64,000 nucleotides of DNA from Macrostomum hystrix. Lineage: Eukaryota > Animalia > Platyhelminthes. The stretch covers positions 14,880,001-14,944,000 of the forward strand of contig CATNEN010000003.1 in NCBI GenBank assembly GCA_950097015.1. The letters are read 5' to 3'. Positions 36,340 to 57,403 of the stretch are shown here, one piece after another; within the stretch, counting starts at the first letter, position 1, and each line of letters opens with the position of its first letter. The notes under the pieces were generated by a model. The model worked only from the letters and a program-made list of their open reading frames with translations. It was not told the DNA's origin and did not search any database. Made by a program: the position numbers and the translations under genes.

Positions 36340-38664
36340 GTTCGACTTCCTGTACTTTGTTTACTTCTCTTTTACCTAGCATTCGTTTTTTTCCGAAATG
36401 TTATTTTGTTCACTTGCACTCATGTACTAGTATGTAAATGTCTTTCATATGGCAATCTTGCACACAAACACCATTTGCAGACTACTTAATAAGACGAAGA
36501 GAACTACATATATACGATACTCGGGTCGTCCTTGACACATGTTTGCTGCATTATTAATTTCCTGTGTTAATGCTAACTACAAAAGCAAGGGTTAAAACAA
36601 TATTCATTTCATTTTTTAATCAAATTAAATTATTCTTATTTAAATTTTAAAGACTTCTAAAAATACTATAATTATTAAAAGAATCGAGAGACTCTGATAG
36701 TTATAACTAAAATGCGGCTTTACTTTCCGGGAAAGTAGTAAATTTAACTTTATACGGTTTGCCTTTCTTTACTTAAAAAGTGTCTTAAAGTCAATTTTTT
36801 AAACAATAAATACCATACGATTGTTCAGATCGTATTTTGAACTATAACGATTTTAATTATTTCAATACGCCTTTTTAATCCATCTAGCAACTTAATATTT
36901 ATGCTGGCTGCGTGATACATTTCGACTTATTTGACTTATTTCATAATTTCACAATTCATAATAACTTATTTCATCTTTTTCATTTACTTATTTTATAATG
37001 GAGACGCACACGAAAAAAATTTACAGTGGGCAAAATAAGATAAAGTGGAACTTCTAATTTTTATAAGGAACCAATGAGCTGAATGTCTAAAGACAGGCTT
37101 CTTAGCTTAGCTTTGACAACTGACAAGTGACAATCAATCATAGGTGATGTCAATGTGACTCATTGACCGCATCATATTTAAAACAAGAGCAGTGTTACTA
37201 GGAATTGTTCCTTTTTTCTGTTAAAGTGCATAAATATATTATGATTCATGAAATTTAGGGATATTATACTTTCATTGGTGAGGCAAAAGACTAGGCCTAC
37301 TTGCATCAAATGGCTAAATGCCTTGTGGATGCCAGTAAAGACAAAGTTGGCAGCCTAGGCTAATTATTATTATTATTATTATTATTATTTAAGGGCATTG
37401 GCTAGACCAGACTGATTTACTAAGCTACCTAAATAGTTAAAACTAGCTAAGTTTTTCTAAGCCTATCAACATACAATTTGAATTCATAGCCAATAAAAAC
37501 TTTCTTAGCAGTTTAAGTCTATACAACCATTGTTAGAAATCCTCTAGTTTTCCATGCTTAATAATTATACCATAATAATATTAAAAGATTATTTGACTAA
37601 GTTACTGTAAGCAATTTTTTGCATAAGTTTTAAAATTACATGACAGTGTGGGCTAATGGCTATCTTTATAGTCAAAGGCCAAAACCAAAGAGAAAAAGAG
37701 AAGAGTGGAGTCAAATTTCACTAGAAAGGAAATATTTTATTCTTGCCTTCTTAGCTTACTTTGTTATTTGTTTAGTAACATTCTCTTCTGGATGACAAAC
37801 TATTGCATTATCTGACTATAGTACCATGATACCTGCGTAACTTGTTGGTTCTTTATTGGTTGTTAGGCCTTGTCAAAGTATATATTTTTATTATTATTAA
37901 CTATAAATAATTAATAGACAGAACTTGTTAAAATTTGATTAAAATGAAGTGAGCAAAACTAGAGGATTGTTTTACTGTTAACCATAGTCTAGATGAATTC
38001 TTGGTGTCTTGACCTCAATCAATTTTAGCCAACAACAATGCTCTAATTCAATGCTTTTAATATCCTCTTGTTTACTAGTCTTTGTTTATTGATTACAATT
38101 GTACATAATGCATCACTAGAAAAAGATTACAATGCATAATTAGTGTAACTCTGTAATCATTTTCATGAGTCAAAAATTATTTGTTGGCTTTATTGTTTTT
38201 TGCCAAGTAATAATTATAGTAAAAAATCTACATATTAGTAATAACTCACTATGAATTAATTATTTAAATCTAGTGCAATGTTGTAATATTCTAAAATGAT
38301 CGCATCCATTTTTTTAATATATAGTAGCTCCTGCTATGTGTTATATGAATTCATTCAGAAATCATGCTTGAACAAGATATGATGATCTATCAGAGTAAAT
38401 ATAAGGATTTTATCTCAAATACAATTCTATGCATACTGCCTAAATATATTATTGATTATTAGACACAAAAACCAATCATGAAACTATTTTAAACACTTTA
38501 GCCTTTAGCTAACTTGGTAAATAATATCGTTTCAATTTACTATTTTTCTTGCTTTTTTTCGCAAATTCCAGCAAAGTCTACCAGCTTCTTAATCAATAAA
38601 AATCTTGTGAATCTAAAAATAGACCAATTCAAGCCCAACCAGTCATTAAATAATCGCAGGTAGT

Positions 38665-39633
38665 ATGTCATCGTCAACCGCCAGCACAAAAACTGGCAAG
38701 AGAAAGTCTTCATCAATGGTGTCAGTAACTGCTAGCTCCGACGGAGGCGGTGGCGGATTCGATGATTCGGCATCCACCAGCTCATCTGGCAATCATCATC
38801 CCCATCACAATCTTCGGCATCAGCACACTGGTCACTCGTCATCAGCCGCGTCCTCCGCCGCCACCTGGGATTGCAGCGTTTGCACCTACAAAAACAACGC
38901 CGAAGCTTTCAAATGCATGATCTGCGACACTCGCAAGGGTACGTCCACTAGGAAGCCCCGGCTTAATCCGCAAGTTGTCGAAATGCAAGAAATGATTCAG
39001 AGTGCCATCTTGCGAAACGGCTCTTCGGCCGCAACCGCCGCCGCCGGCGCTGATACGGCCGACACTGAGTCGGAGAAAAGCGACAGTCGGTCATTGCACA
39101 GGTTGTCCGTCAAAGCCACCGCTATTGGTAGATTAAGTGTACCCAGTCAACCCAGTCAGAGAAAATCTAGTCAGCAACAGCAGCAGCAGCAGCAGCATTC
39201 TCGTCAGACAAAATTGCCGCGCTTAAGAAACGTTGACAGATCCACAGCTCGTCACATTCCGGTCACGGCCAACGGTGTCACCGTGATAATCACAGATTTC
39301 AAGCCAAAATCTGTAGTGTCTAAATCTATCAATAGTGCTCAGAATAGGGCAGCAGTGCCGTTAGCTTCATTCCCATCCGAGTTAGCCGCAGATCCTAACG
39401 CCGACGATTCTTCCGCATCGATCGCGTCTCCGCCGTTGCCATCTTGTCTGTCCGGCCAGTCGCTGCCTCCGCCCTCTTTAACTACGGTGGAATTTATTCC
39501 CAAAGCTGCTTCAACTAAAGCACCTTCCGTTGGTATAAAAATTGACCATGAAAGTAGCGAAGATTTGGACGATTCCGTAGCCGACCGTCGGTCCGAATCT
39601 CCGCCGCAGATATCGCCGCAAAAGTTTGATTAA
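38665..39633 (+). CDS. YAF2: YAF2/RYBP homolog (non-canonical PRC1 subunit), intronless CDS
   Basis: RanBP2-type zinc finger [32 protein letters not shown] and YAF2/RYBP motif [34 protein letters not shown]2 and RYBP cannot be told apart in invertebrates. Confidence 0.9.
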   Translation: MSSSTASTKTGKRKSSSMVSVTASSDGGGGGFDDSASTSSSGNHHPHHNLRHQHTGHSSSAASSAATWDCSVCTYKNNAEAFKCMICDTRKGTSTRKPRLNPQVVEMQEMIQSAILRNGSSAATAAAGADTADTESEKSDSRSLHRLSVKATAIGRLSVPSQPSQRKSSQQQQQQQQHSRQTKLPRLRNVDRSTARHIPVTANGVTVIITDFKPKSVVSKSINSAQNRAAVPLASFPSELAADPNADDSSASIASPPLPSCLSGQSLPPPSLTTVEFIPKAASTKAPSVGIKIDHESSEDLDDSVADRRSESPPQISPQKFD

Positions 39634-39829
39634 ATGGCACGAAATCACAACTCTTGCTTTTTCTGCTTGCCACTTTGCTTTTCAGTGGCTTTATATTTCG
39701 ATTCTAATTTTTTAAATTAACAATTCCAAATAAGTTCATTCCTAGTGATTTCAAATATCACTAACTCGAAACTCTTAAAGATACTCAGTTGGAAGAAAAT
39801 CCCTAATTACTTTACTCCCACTCCCAAAA

Positions 39830-40408
39830 GAAATCATTCTAAATCCCAAATCAATTTATTTTATATCCCAAATCTGTTTATTCAGAATCCCTGATAAATC
39901 TATTCCAAATCCCAATTTAATATATTCCAAATCCCAAATCAATCTATTCCAAATCCCAAATCAATCTATTCCAAATCCCAAATCAATCTATTCCAAATCC
40001 CAAATCAATGTATTCCAAATCCCAAATCAATCTATTCCAGATCCCAAATCAATCTATTCCAGATCCCAAATCAATGTATTCTAGATCCCAAATCAATGTA
40101 TTCCAGATCCCAAATCAATCTATTCCAGATCCCAAATCAATGTATTCCAGATCCCAAATCAATGTATTCCAGATCCCAAATCAATCTATTCCAGATCCCA
40201 AATCAATGTATTCCAGATCCCAAATCAATGTATTCCAGATCCCAAATCAATGTATTCCAAATCCCAAATCAAGCTATTCCAGATCCCAAATCAATCTATT
40301 CAAATCCCAAATCAATGTATTCCAGATCCCAAATCAATCTATTCCAAATCCCAAATCAAGCTATTCCAGATCCCAAATCAATGTATTCCAGATCCCAAAT
40401 CAATGTAT
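39830..40408. repeat. Minisatellite, 22-bp unit tattccagatcccaaatcaat(c/g)
   Basis: Directly visible. Confidence 0.95.
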
Positions 40409-40787
40409 AGACGATATAAAAATGGCTTATTAGAATTGCCAATCACAAACGCAACCACGTTTTTTAATATAGTTTCATTTTTAATGTTACATAATTTAGC
40501 GCGAGTGACGTTCATAATTTATATGTAGTATTTATCTTACCACCGCTTTATTGTGCATTGAGAGTGAGTTTCGTTTCTTCTATCAGCAATCAGGCTTCCG
40601 TGTCTATCAAATAGTTTTTTTGCTTTCTATGGACTGCTTCTAAATTATGTCATTTATTTGCGGCAATAATTGCTTCACTTTTACTCTTGTAATTTAGCTT
40701 TCTGTCTGACGCTGAACACTTCGATATCTTTATGTGAAAAAGGTGAAAAAGGTTTGTAATTATCTAACACAATTAATCATCTACATT

Positions 40788-42212
40788 CACAGATTCCTAT
40801 CTCATATCCACAGATCCTTATCTCATATCCACAGATCCCTATCTCATAACCACAGATCCCTATCTTATATCCACAGATCCCTATCTCATATCCACAGATC
40901 CCTATCTCATAACTACAGATCCCAATCTCATATCCACAGATCCCTATCTCATAACCACAGATCCTTATCTCATATTTACAGATCCCTATCTCATAACCAC
41001 AGATCCCTATCTCATAACCACAGATCCCTATCTCATAACTACAGATCCCAATGTCATAACCACAGATCCCTATCTCATAACTACAGATCCCTATCTCATA
41101 ACTACAGATCCCTATCTCATAACCACAGATCCCTATCTCATAACCACAGATCCCTATCTCATATCCACAGATCCCTATCTCATATCCACAGATCCCTATC
41201 TCATAACTACAGATCCCTATCTCATATCCACAGATCCCTATCTCATATCTACAGATCCCAATGTCATAACCACGGATCCCTATCTCATAACCACAGATCC
41301 CTATCTCATATCTACAGATCCCTATCTCATATCCACAGATCCCTATCTCATATCTACAGATCCCTATCTCATATCCACAGATCCCTATCTCATATCCACA
41401 GATCCCAATGTCATAACCACAGATCCCTATCTCATATCCACAGATCCCTATCTCATAACCACAGATCCCTATCTCATATCCACAGATCCCTATCTCATAT
41501 CCACAGATCCCTATCTCATAACTACAGATCCCTATCTCATATCCACAGATCCCTATCTCATATCCACAGATCCCTATCTCTTATCTACAGATCCCAATGT
41601 CATAACCACGGATCCCTATCTCATAACCACAGATCCCTATCTCATATCTACAGATCCCTATCTCATATCCACAGATCCCTATCTCATATCTACAGATCCC
41701 TATCTCATATCCACAGATCCCTATCTCATATCCACAGATCCCAATGTCATAACCACAGATCCCTATCTCATATCCACAGATCCCTATCTCATATCTACAG
41801 ATCCCAATGTCATAACCACGGATCCCTATCTCATAACCACAGATCCCTATCTCATATCTACAGATCCCTATCTCATATCCACAGATCCCTATCTCATATC
41901 TACAGATCCCTATCTCATATCCACAGATCCCTATCTCATATCCACAGATCCCAATGTCATAACCACAGATCCCTATCTCATATCTACAGATCCCTATCTC
42001 ATATCTACAGATCCCTATCTCATATCCACAGATCCCAATGTCATAACCACGGATCCCTATCTCATAACCACAGATCCCTATCTCATATCTACAGATCCCT
42101 ATCTCATATCCACAGATCCCTATCTCATATCTACAGATCCCTATCTCATATCCACAGATCCCTATCTCATATCCACAGATCCCAATGTCATAACCACAGA
42201 TCCCTATTTCAT
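40788..42212. repeat. Minisatellite, 21-bp unit cacagatccctatctcatatc, ~68 copies with higher-order blocks
   Basis: Directly visible; generates the spurious HRSLSHI ORF. Confidence 0.97.
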
Positions 42213-43781
42213 ATTACACAAGTATTTTCTCATTCAATCTAGCTAACGTATTACGTGTATTGTAAAGTTCTAGGAATATAATTTTTACCAAGCGTCCTCC
42301 TATCTCTCTCAATCGATTGAGTCGCATTTTACAAAGTTCCAGTTTGATTTGCCTGCTTTGTTATTTGCTTTTTAGTTAACTAGCGCTTGCCTTGCGTTCT
42401 TTCTTTCTAATTTACAGCAGTTCCTAAGTTCTGATAAGGCTTTTTGGACCTAAAAAGTGTTTAAGTAATTCGTTCATTGCTACTCATTGAGTCCTTTTTC
42501 AGTAGAGTATTAAGCATATTATTAAAAAACTCGCATTATTTGTTTTGACCTATCATTGTCTGCTGTGACCGCGTTAAGTTAACTAAAACAACATAAGTCA
42601 AAGTTTACATATTGTGTGTACACATTTCATTGATTTTTAACAAAAAGCAATTTCTTTTCATAGCAACCGTTGTCAAATTTGATACTTATCACGATAGGAA
42701 CACCATTATAATAAAAACGTGTAATTTTAAATTCAGGTATCTAAGTATTCGTATATCTAACTTCATTGTATTTTGCGTGATTCGATCTGTTTGTACTTAA
42801 ATATTTATTGAATTTATTAGACGCAATGAGCCTGTGTATTGTAAAAAATCAATACAATTTCACTGCAATTCGCTTCTAATTAATAAGCCATGTAATTATG
42901 CTTCCCACGCATCAATGTCCTTTTTCAAATCTAATTTAGCTAAACTTGCCAGTTTTTTTAATTCAATTCAATCCAAATCTACTGGGTAATCTACTGAAGG
43001 ATCTGAGAGGAGTGGGCAATCTACTGTAGGATCTGAGGAGTGGGTAATCGACTACTATTGTGCGCTCCACATAATAAATTTACTGTTTAATAGCTCCATC
43101 GTAAAAATAATCTCTTAACATTGTTATATCAATTGGCATCAATGTAGTTAAATAACTTAATGAATTTCTATTTAGCAATAAAATCATGAAAAAGTAACAA
43201 TTAAATGGTTTAAGGCAGCCAGGTTTTATGACAGAATATTTGGATATTTAATAAAAAAGTGACGTGTGAAAGTGCCTTATAATCTTTGGTGTGAATTTAA
43301 AACAATGCGATAGGACAAGATATCGAGGGCCAAATGAAAGTATTTTTCACCCCATCTTGGGGGTGCAATGTGCTAGTCTAATATACTAAACTAGCGAACT
43401 CTAATCTCTACTAAAAGCCTGGCGGTTACTTAAAAAATTCGTATACCATAATTAGAAATTTGTAAAAAATGAAGGCAGTAGTGCATTTAAGGCGACTGGT
43501 GTTCAAATAAACAAAAATTAATTTTGGGTTCATTGTTAGCGAGAATTTGGGCAGAATTGGCGGTAGAGATAATGGTTTTTATCAAATTGGTAGCTTATAT
43601 AATATTGTGATTTATTATTGAGAGCGAAATATTTGTTAATTTGTATTTAGCTACCTGCATCAAATCAGATCTTTAAAGGCGTGATGTTTTAAAAATTGTC
43701 GAAAACTTCTGGTATAGACGACACTGTTACGATCCCGAATTTTAATAATTGCAACAATGATCACGACAAAGTAGACTCAAA

Positions 43782-52281
<8,500 letters not shown>

Positions 52282-52454
52282 CTGTGGGAGAGAGCGGTTT
52301 AGAAAATGTTTTATTTGTTGTGTTTTTCTGATGCGCTCTACTATTAGTAATCTGTTTCAGGTATGTTCCATATTTTATTATAAGTCGATCCTGCGCTTGC
52401 GCATATCAATGAGCTTATTAATACTACACTTGTATTTATTACACCTTAATTACA

Positions 52455-53060
52455 CCTTCACTGATTGGGCCAGATGTGCAGCCAACAGTGCAGCCACAGC
52501 AATACCGCGGCGCATCTGAAGGCTGCGTACAGCTGTTCAGTCTATGGACTGGTGGGCAGGTGGCCCTACACCCAACTTCAATAACCCCGGATAATGCTGG
52601 TACTCTAATAGCGGTGCATAATTATAATAATAATAACAATCGCAGGAGGGCTGCGTGCAATGGCACGTCATTTGGTGACACTAGACCCGCAGCCAGCGAG
52701 GAGGCAATTCTGCCCATTTTGCTGACTCCTGAGCACACACGCACACAGATACCGTACGCATTGTGTACATCTGCCCTGACTTTTCATCGACAGGCAGTGT
52801 ACATTTCACTGTGCCTGGGAGGTTGGCCCTCAAGGGCGTAAATTGCACGACAAGCCCTGAAGCCTTCTCTCCGAGTCTGCGCCCCAACTGCATGTGGCCT
52901 CGCCACGGAATCGAGCTTAGGGACACTGGAAACGCGTTAACCGCTCTTCCACCGACCACCAATAGCGGTGCATTGTTCAGTTATTGCTAAAGGACACAAA
53001 CAGTAGAGCTGGGAATCGAATCCACGACTTTTAAGTCGCGAGGCAGACGTTCTAACCAAT
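52455..53060 (-). mobile_element. SINE family B copy interrupted by a family A copy
   Basis: Family-B 3' part at 52455-52606; CORE remnant and tRNA head at 52974-53060. Confidence 0.75.
52620..52960 (-). mobile_element. SINE family A, full length, with TSD
   Basis: 13-bp TSD aatagcggtgcat at 52607-52619 and 52961-52973; (taa)n tail. Confidence 0.9.
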
Positions 53061-53503
53061 GGTTCTTCTCCAAGGTTTTTAAATGGAGGAGTCTAAATGG
53101 TTTCATTCAATAACTCAAACAATGGTTAACAAATTTGCTCCTGCTAAAGTGGTCTTGTCTTCTTTCAATCATTTGATACTTCAGAACCAAATGGGGTTGG
53201 GGCAAAGAGAGACAAAATTGTCTAGCTCTAAAATGCTCAGCGATGCAATCAGATACTTACGAGTATGACAAAAGAGAGCTACACAAAGCTTAATTATTGT
53301 AAGAGCAATCACTAATCTAAAGAAATTTTTCATCGGTTCTTGTGCAAATCATCTAGAGTTCAATTTCACCTGTCTGAGCATCAAAACCTCCGGGCTAACA
53401 TTGCTTAACCACTCATAAAAGGCCAAACTACACATGAATATCAAATTAGTATAAGAAGCGCTGTTCCCTTAGCTTTAGATTAGACTGCCAATTAGACTAG
53501 AGA

Positions 53504-54638
53504 ATGTCTAACAAAGGCTCCCTCAGTGTATCCTTACAACCACGACAGGATAACCAAAGTACACGAGCTGGAGGTTGTCTAGCAGTTAAACGCGCTCTTC
53601 AGAAAGAACAGCGCGTGAAAAAGAATCTTCGACTAAACTATGAGTACTACCAGTACTTTGTCTGCTCTCAGGTCAGTTTTTTAATCTGGAAATTTCAAAT
53701 CAGAAATGATTGTAATTTCATATCAAACGAAACATTTCTAAGTATTTATTATCGCTCCTAAATCTCAGTTGGTTCCAGCCTGGACGTTGCTGTTGCTGCG
53801 TTCAATCATCGGCGCGACTTGCACCTCTGTATTCGTCTTTGTAGCTGTGAGTTCAAACACTCGAGCTTTAAACAGTTCGTCTGCCTCGACAACTACAACC
53901 GTAGGTTTTATTGCCGCAAACGCGACATTGACGACAAGGAAGTCTCAATTCTTCCTGTGCCACCTCACTGTGTGGAGCTACCTCGTGTTGACCTTGTATT
54001 TCATCTGCGCACTGGTGAACACGATCTCCGTGTGCATCCGCAACAAGTCATCATCATCGTCAACAGGCTTCTCCTTGACCAGCCGTGGCTACTGGACTGC
54101 GGATCGCCTGTCTGCGATCTGTCACGATACTGGACTAGAGAATGCTTCCGACTCGACCGCTGTCAGGCAGCTGCAGGGCTTCCGACTGCAGTGGCTGCTG
54201 CATACCGTGGCCTCGGACGCAGCCCTGTTAGTCTCCGTCTCGTACTTCTCCCTACTGTACAATTCCAAAAGCGGTTCGATTGCAGGCACGGATCTCTTGC
54301 AGCACGGCATCAACTCAGTGTTTGTGCTAGTTGAGTTTGTGTTCGGTGGAGTTCCTGTGCGCCTTATTAATATTGTCTACATGCTCTGTTATGCAATTCT
54401 TTACGCATTGTTCAGCCTGTTCTATTGGATCTACGATAACACCAATGTCATCTATCCTGTCCTGGATTGGAACAAGCCAGGTCTCACTGTCAGTGTTATT
54501 TGCGGTCTGATCTTCGGAGGCGTGCCATTGGTGCACACCTTCTGGTGGTCGTTGCACCTGCTGCGCTGTTGCTTCGGCGAAGCTTTGCTTAAGAGAGACA
54601 CCAAGTGCAGTCCGAGTGCTATGAAGGAACAGGCTTGA
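53504..54638 (+). CDS. Rolling-stone/FAR-17a-AIG1-like multipass membrane protein, copy 1. Exons 53504-53671 and 53769-54638
   Basis: FVCSQ|LVPAW, HLTVWSY, LQWLL, QHGINS, PVRL, YALFSLFY, IYPVLDW motifs. Confidence 0.85.
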
Positions 54639-55129
54639 GTGAGCATTACTAGTGAAGAATGGTCTTCAACGTTTCAAATTGAGTGATATAAATTTGTATT
54701 TGATTTTCTTACTGAATAGTTGTTTTTAGTTCAAGTCCAAAGTCTTACAGCACTAGCATACAGAGCAACATGTCCTGCTAGCTAGATTTCTGTCAAGAAA
54801 AAAGTTGGTGGCACCATAACTAACTGTCGCCTTCACTCTATAGCTCAAAGAGCACATTTTGCATATCACTTGAGCAGCGCGTGAAAGAATTATAAAGTGC
54901 TCAACAAAAAAGCACTAGAAATATCTTTGCGGAGTAAGAACCTTTGGCCTATACTCGATTCGCTTTTTTGGCAAAACCTGAACGTACTCATTTGATAGAT
55001 AATAATTCAACGGGTCTTGATATAAACTCGAATTTATGACCGGAATTCTTGAGCTTGAGAAATTGAGCAGAATTATCTAAGCTGATCTAGCTCACAAACT
55101 AGTTCAGATTGGAATTTTGTCACTACACA

Positions 55130-56844
55130 ATGGATCCTAATTCATCATCTGCGGAAGAGGAAAGCGTCGCAGGTCACGTTAAATCGGCAGCTAGACAAGA
55201 GAAGATGGTGAAAAAGAATTTGAATTTGCGCTACGACTACTATGAGTACTTTGTTTATTCGCAGGTGAGATTCATACGCTTTTTGGTTTGCTTATTTATA
55301 CTCGACAAGAATATGCAATCAAGGACAACTAGAAGAAAAACTAGGTTTCTTGGCAACAGTTCAGGAGGCTGGTTTTCGCGGAAGAAGTAGACAGGAAGAT
55401 AGAAAAAGTTTCATCCATTGCTGCACAAATTGTTTTTGATTGAGGGTGGAATTAAGACTCAGATTTTATATTATTAATAATTAATAGTAATTTATTACAC
55501 CTGCCCCAATCGGGCCAGATGTGCAGTCGACATCTGGCCGCAGCGACACAGCCGCAGCTGTTGCGCGGCGCATCTGAAGGCTGCGTACGGCTGTTCAGTC
55601 CATGGACTGGGGGGACGCCACACCCACCCTCAATTACCCCAGCTGATGCTGGTACCCATTTTTTAACAGCTGGGTGAACTGAAGCAATGCAGAGTTAAGT
55701 GTCTTGCTAAAGGGCACAAATTGTTGTCTGAAAGTTCCTTGTAGTGTATTTCTCTGCAAAAAATCCTGCCTGCTAAACATTTTCCCAGAAACTTATTTTT
55801 CTAGAACTAAGTCTTTCAACTCCAAGTGGCCCTTGTATTATGCCATACAAATATTTGAAAATTTTCAAGCTTCTGAAGCCATTACACCACACATTGAGCA
55901 GATCATTGAACCAGCAAGCATATACATGCCATGCATTGCAGTGTCTACCAGCTTGGCTCATGCTACTCATGCGCTTCATCATGGGCGGTGTCTGCGTCTC
56001 CGTGTTCATCTACATCGCCGCGTCGCAACCAAATGTCAGCTTCGTGCCAGACAACTCCACAACGGACGGGCAGAGCGTCAGCTTCGAGAATGGAACAACA
56101 ACAAAGCAGCCGAGAGTGTTTAAGCGTCACTTCATGCTCAGTTATCTCACCATCTGGAGCTACTTGGTCATCGCCGTGTATTTCGTCACAGCAATCGTCA
56201 ATACTATATCACTGAGGCTTTGCCCTCCCAGTCTGCCTAAAACAGACAAGCCGAAAAGTGATCAACAAGCTTTCAGTCTAACAGCCAGTGGTTTCAAGTC
56301 AACTGACAATCTCGTCGGCAGTCGAGGCGACATCGACACAGCCTCCTCGGGCGACTCTGCCGCTCGTCAAGCAGGCCTCCGACTGCAGTGGCTGCTGTGC
56401 GGCGTCGCAGCCAATGCCTCATTGCTTGTAACTAGCGCCTACTTCGGAGTTCTGTATCCGATGATCCAGGAGGCCAATCCTAGTCCACTTGGAGCCATCG
56501 ACCTTCTGGTTCACGGTTTCAATTCCGTGTTCATGTTCATCGAGGTGGTGTTCTCAGGAGTGCCAGTGCGGTTGGTGCACATTCTCTACACGGTGCTCTA
56601 CGCATTGGCCTACTCCATCTTCAGCTTGCTCTATTGGCTGCCAGATCACACCAATGTCATCTACCCCGTGCTGCTGGACTGGAATGACGCTGGCGTTACC
56701 ATTGGCATGATGTGTTTGGTTCTATTTGTCGGCTTTCCCATCATACAACTGATCTGGTGGCTGATCTATATAGCGCGTTGCTTCGTCGCTGGGTCGTTAC
56801 TAAGCTATAGAGTGTCTTCTTGGAGTCCTGAACGGATTGTTTGA
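55130..56844 (+). CDS. Rolling-stone-like protein, copy 2. Exons 55130-55264 and 55942-56844
   Basis: Same architecture: YLTIWSY, VHGFNS, IYPVLLDW. Confidence 0.85.
55490..55725 (-). mobile_element. SINE family B copy lacking the tRNA head
   Basis: Close reverse-complement match to 7665-7885. Confidence 0.85.
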
Positions 56845-57403
56845 GCTATAGGACTAAACAATGCTCGTGGACCATATTACAACTACAAAAAAATATTCGT
56901 TACGCCATTTTAGTTGTCCGTTAATATTTACATACGAGTAGATCATAAAACGTTTTGCTTGCATGCAGATTTTTATTTAAATAAATTTGGCCCTAAGTTT
57001 TGCAGCTACCATTTCTTTGAAAGCAGGAAATTTTGAGCTCTGTTTCTGGTTCTTGACTTTTCAACAATGCCGCATTATGGGAAAAAATATTAGTTGGGCA
57101 CTTGAGGTTTAATTGACATGAAAAGTACTTTTCCAGCAATTCAGAATAACTGTAACCGTTAATTGCTAAATTGACGATAATTAAAGTTAATAATTGGCTA
57201 CTTCCAACAGCCAGAGCAACGGGGACACAAGAAACGTTTCTAATTTTGTGTAGACTTTTTGCACAGGTGAGCAAATAATTATTGATTTGGCAGATGCGCA
57301 GAAATCAGCATTTATATAAACTAAAATCCAAGATTTGCCACTTACTGTCTTATATCTACTTAGCGCTCCTATGAGTCTGGTGAGATCACAAGAATGACGA
57401 GCC

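Noticed and set aside
40734-42242. 502-aa His/Ser/Arg-rich ORF, and similar ORFs at 10960, 18608, 23863, 32194, 40008, 50487 and 51322
   Set aside because: These are translations of stop-free tandem repeat units; several lie in introns and none has a supported gene structure.
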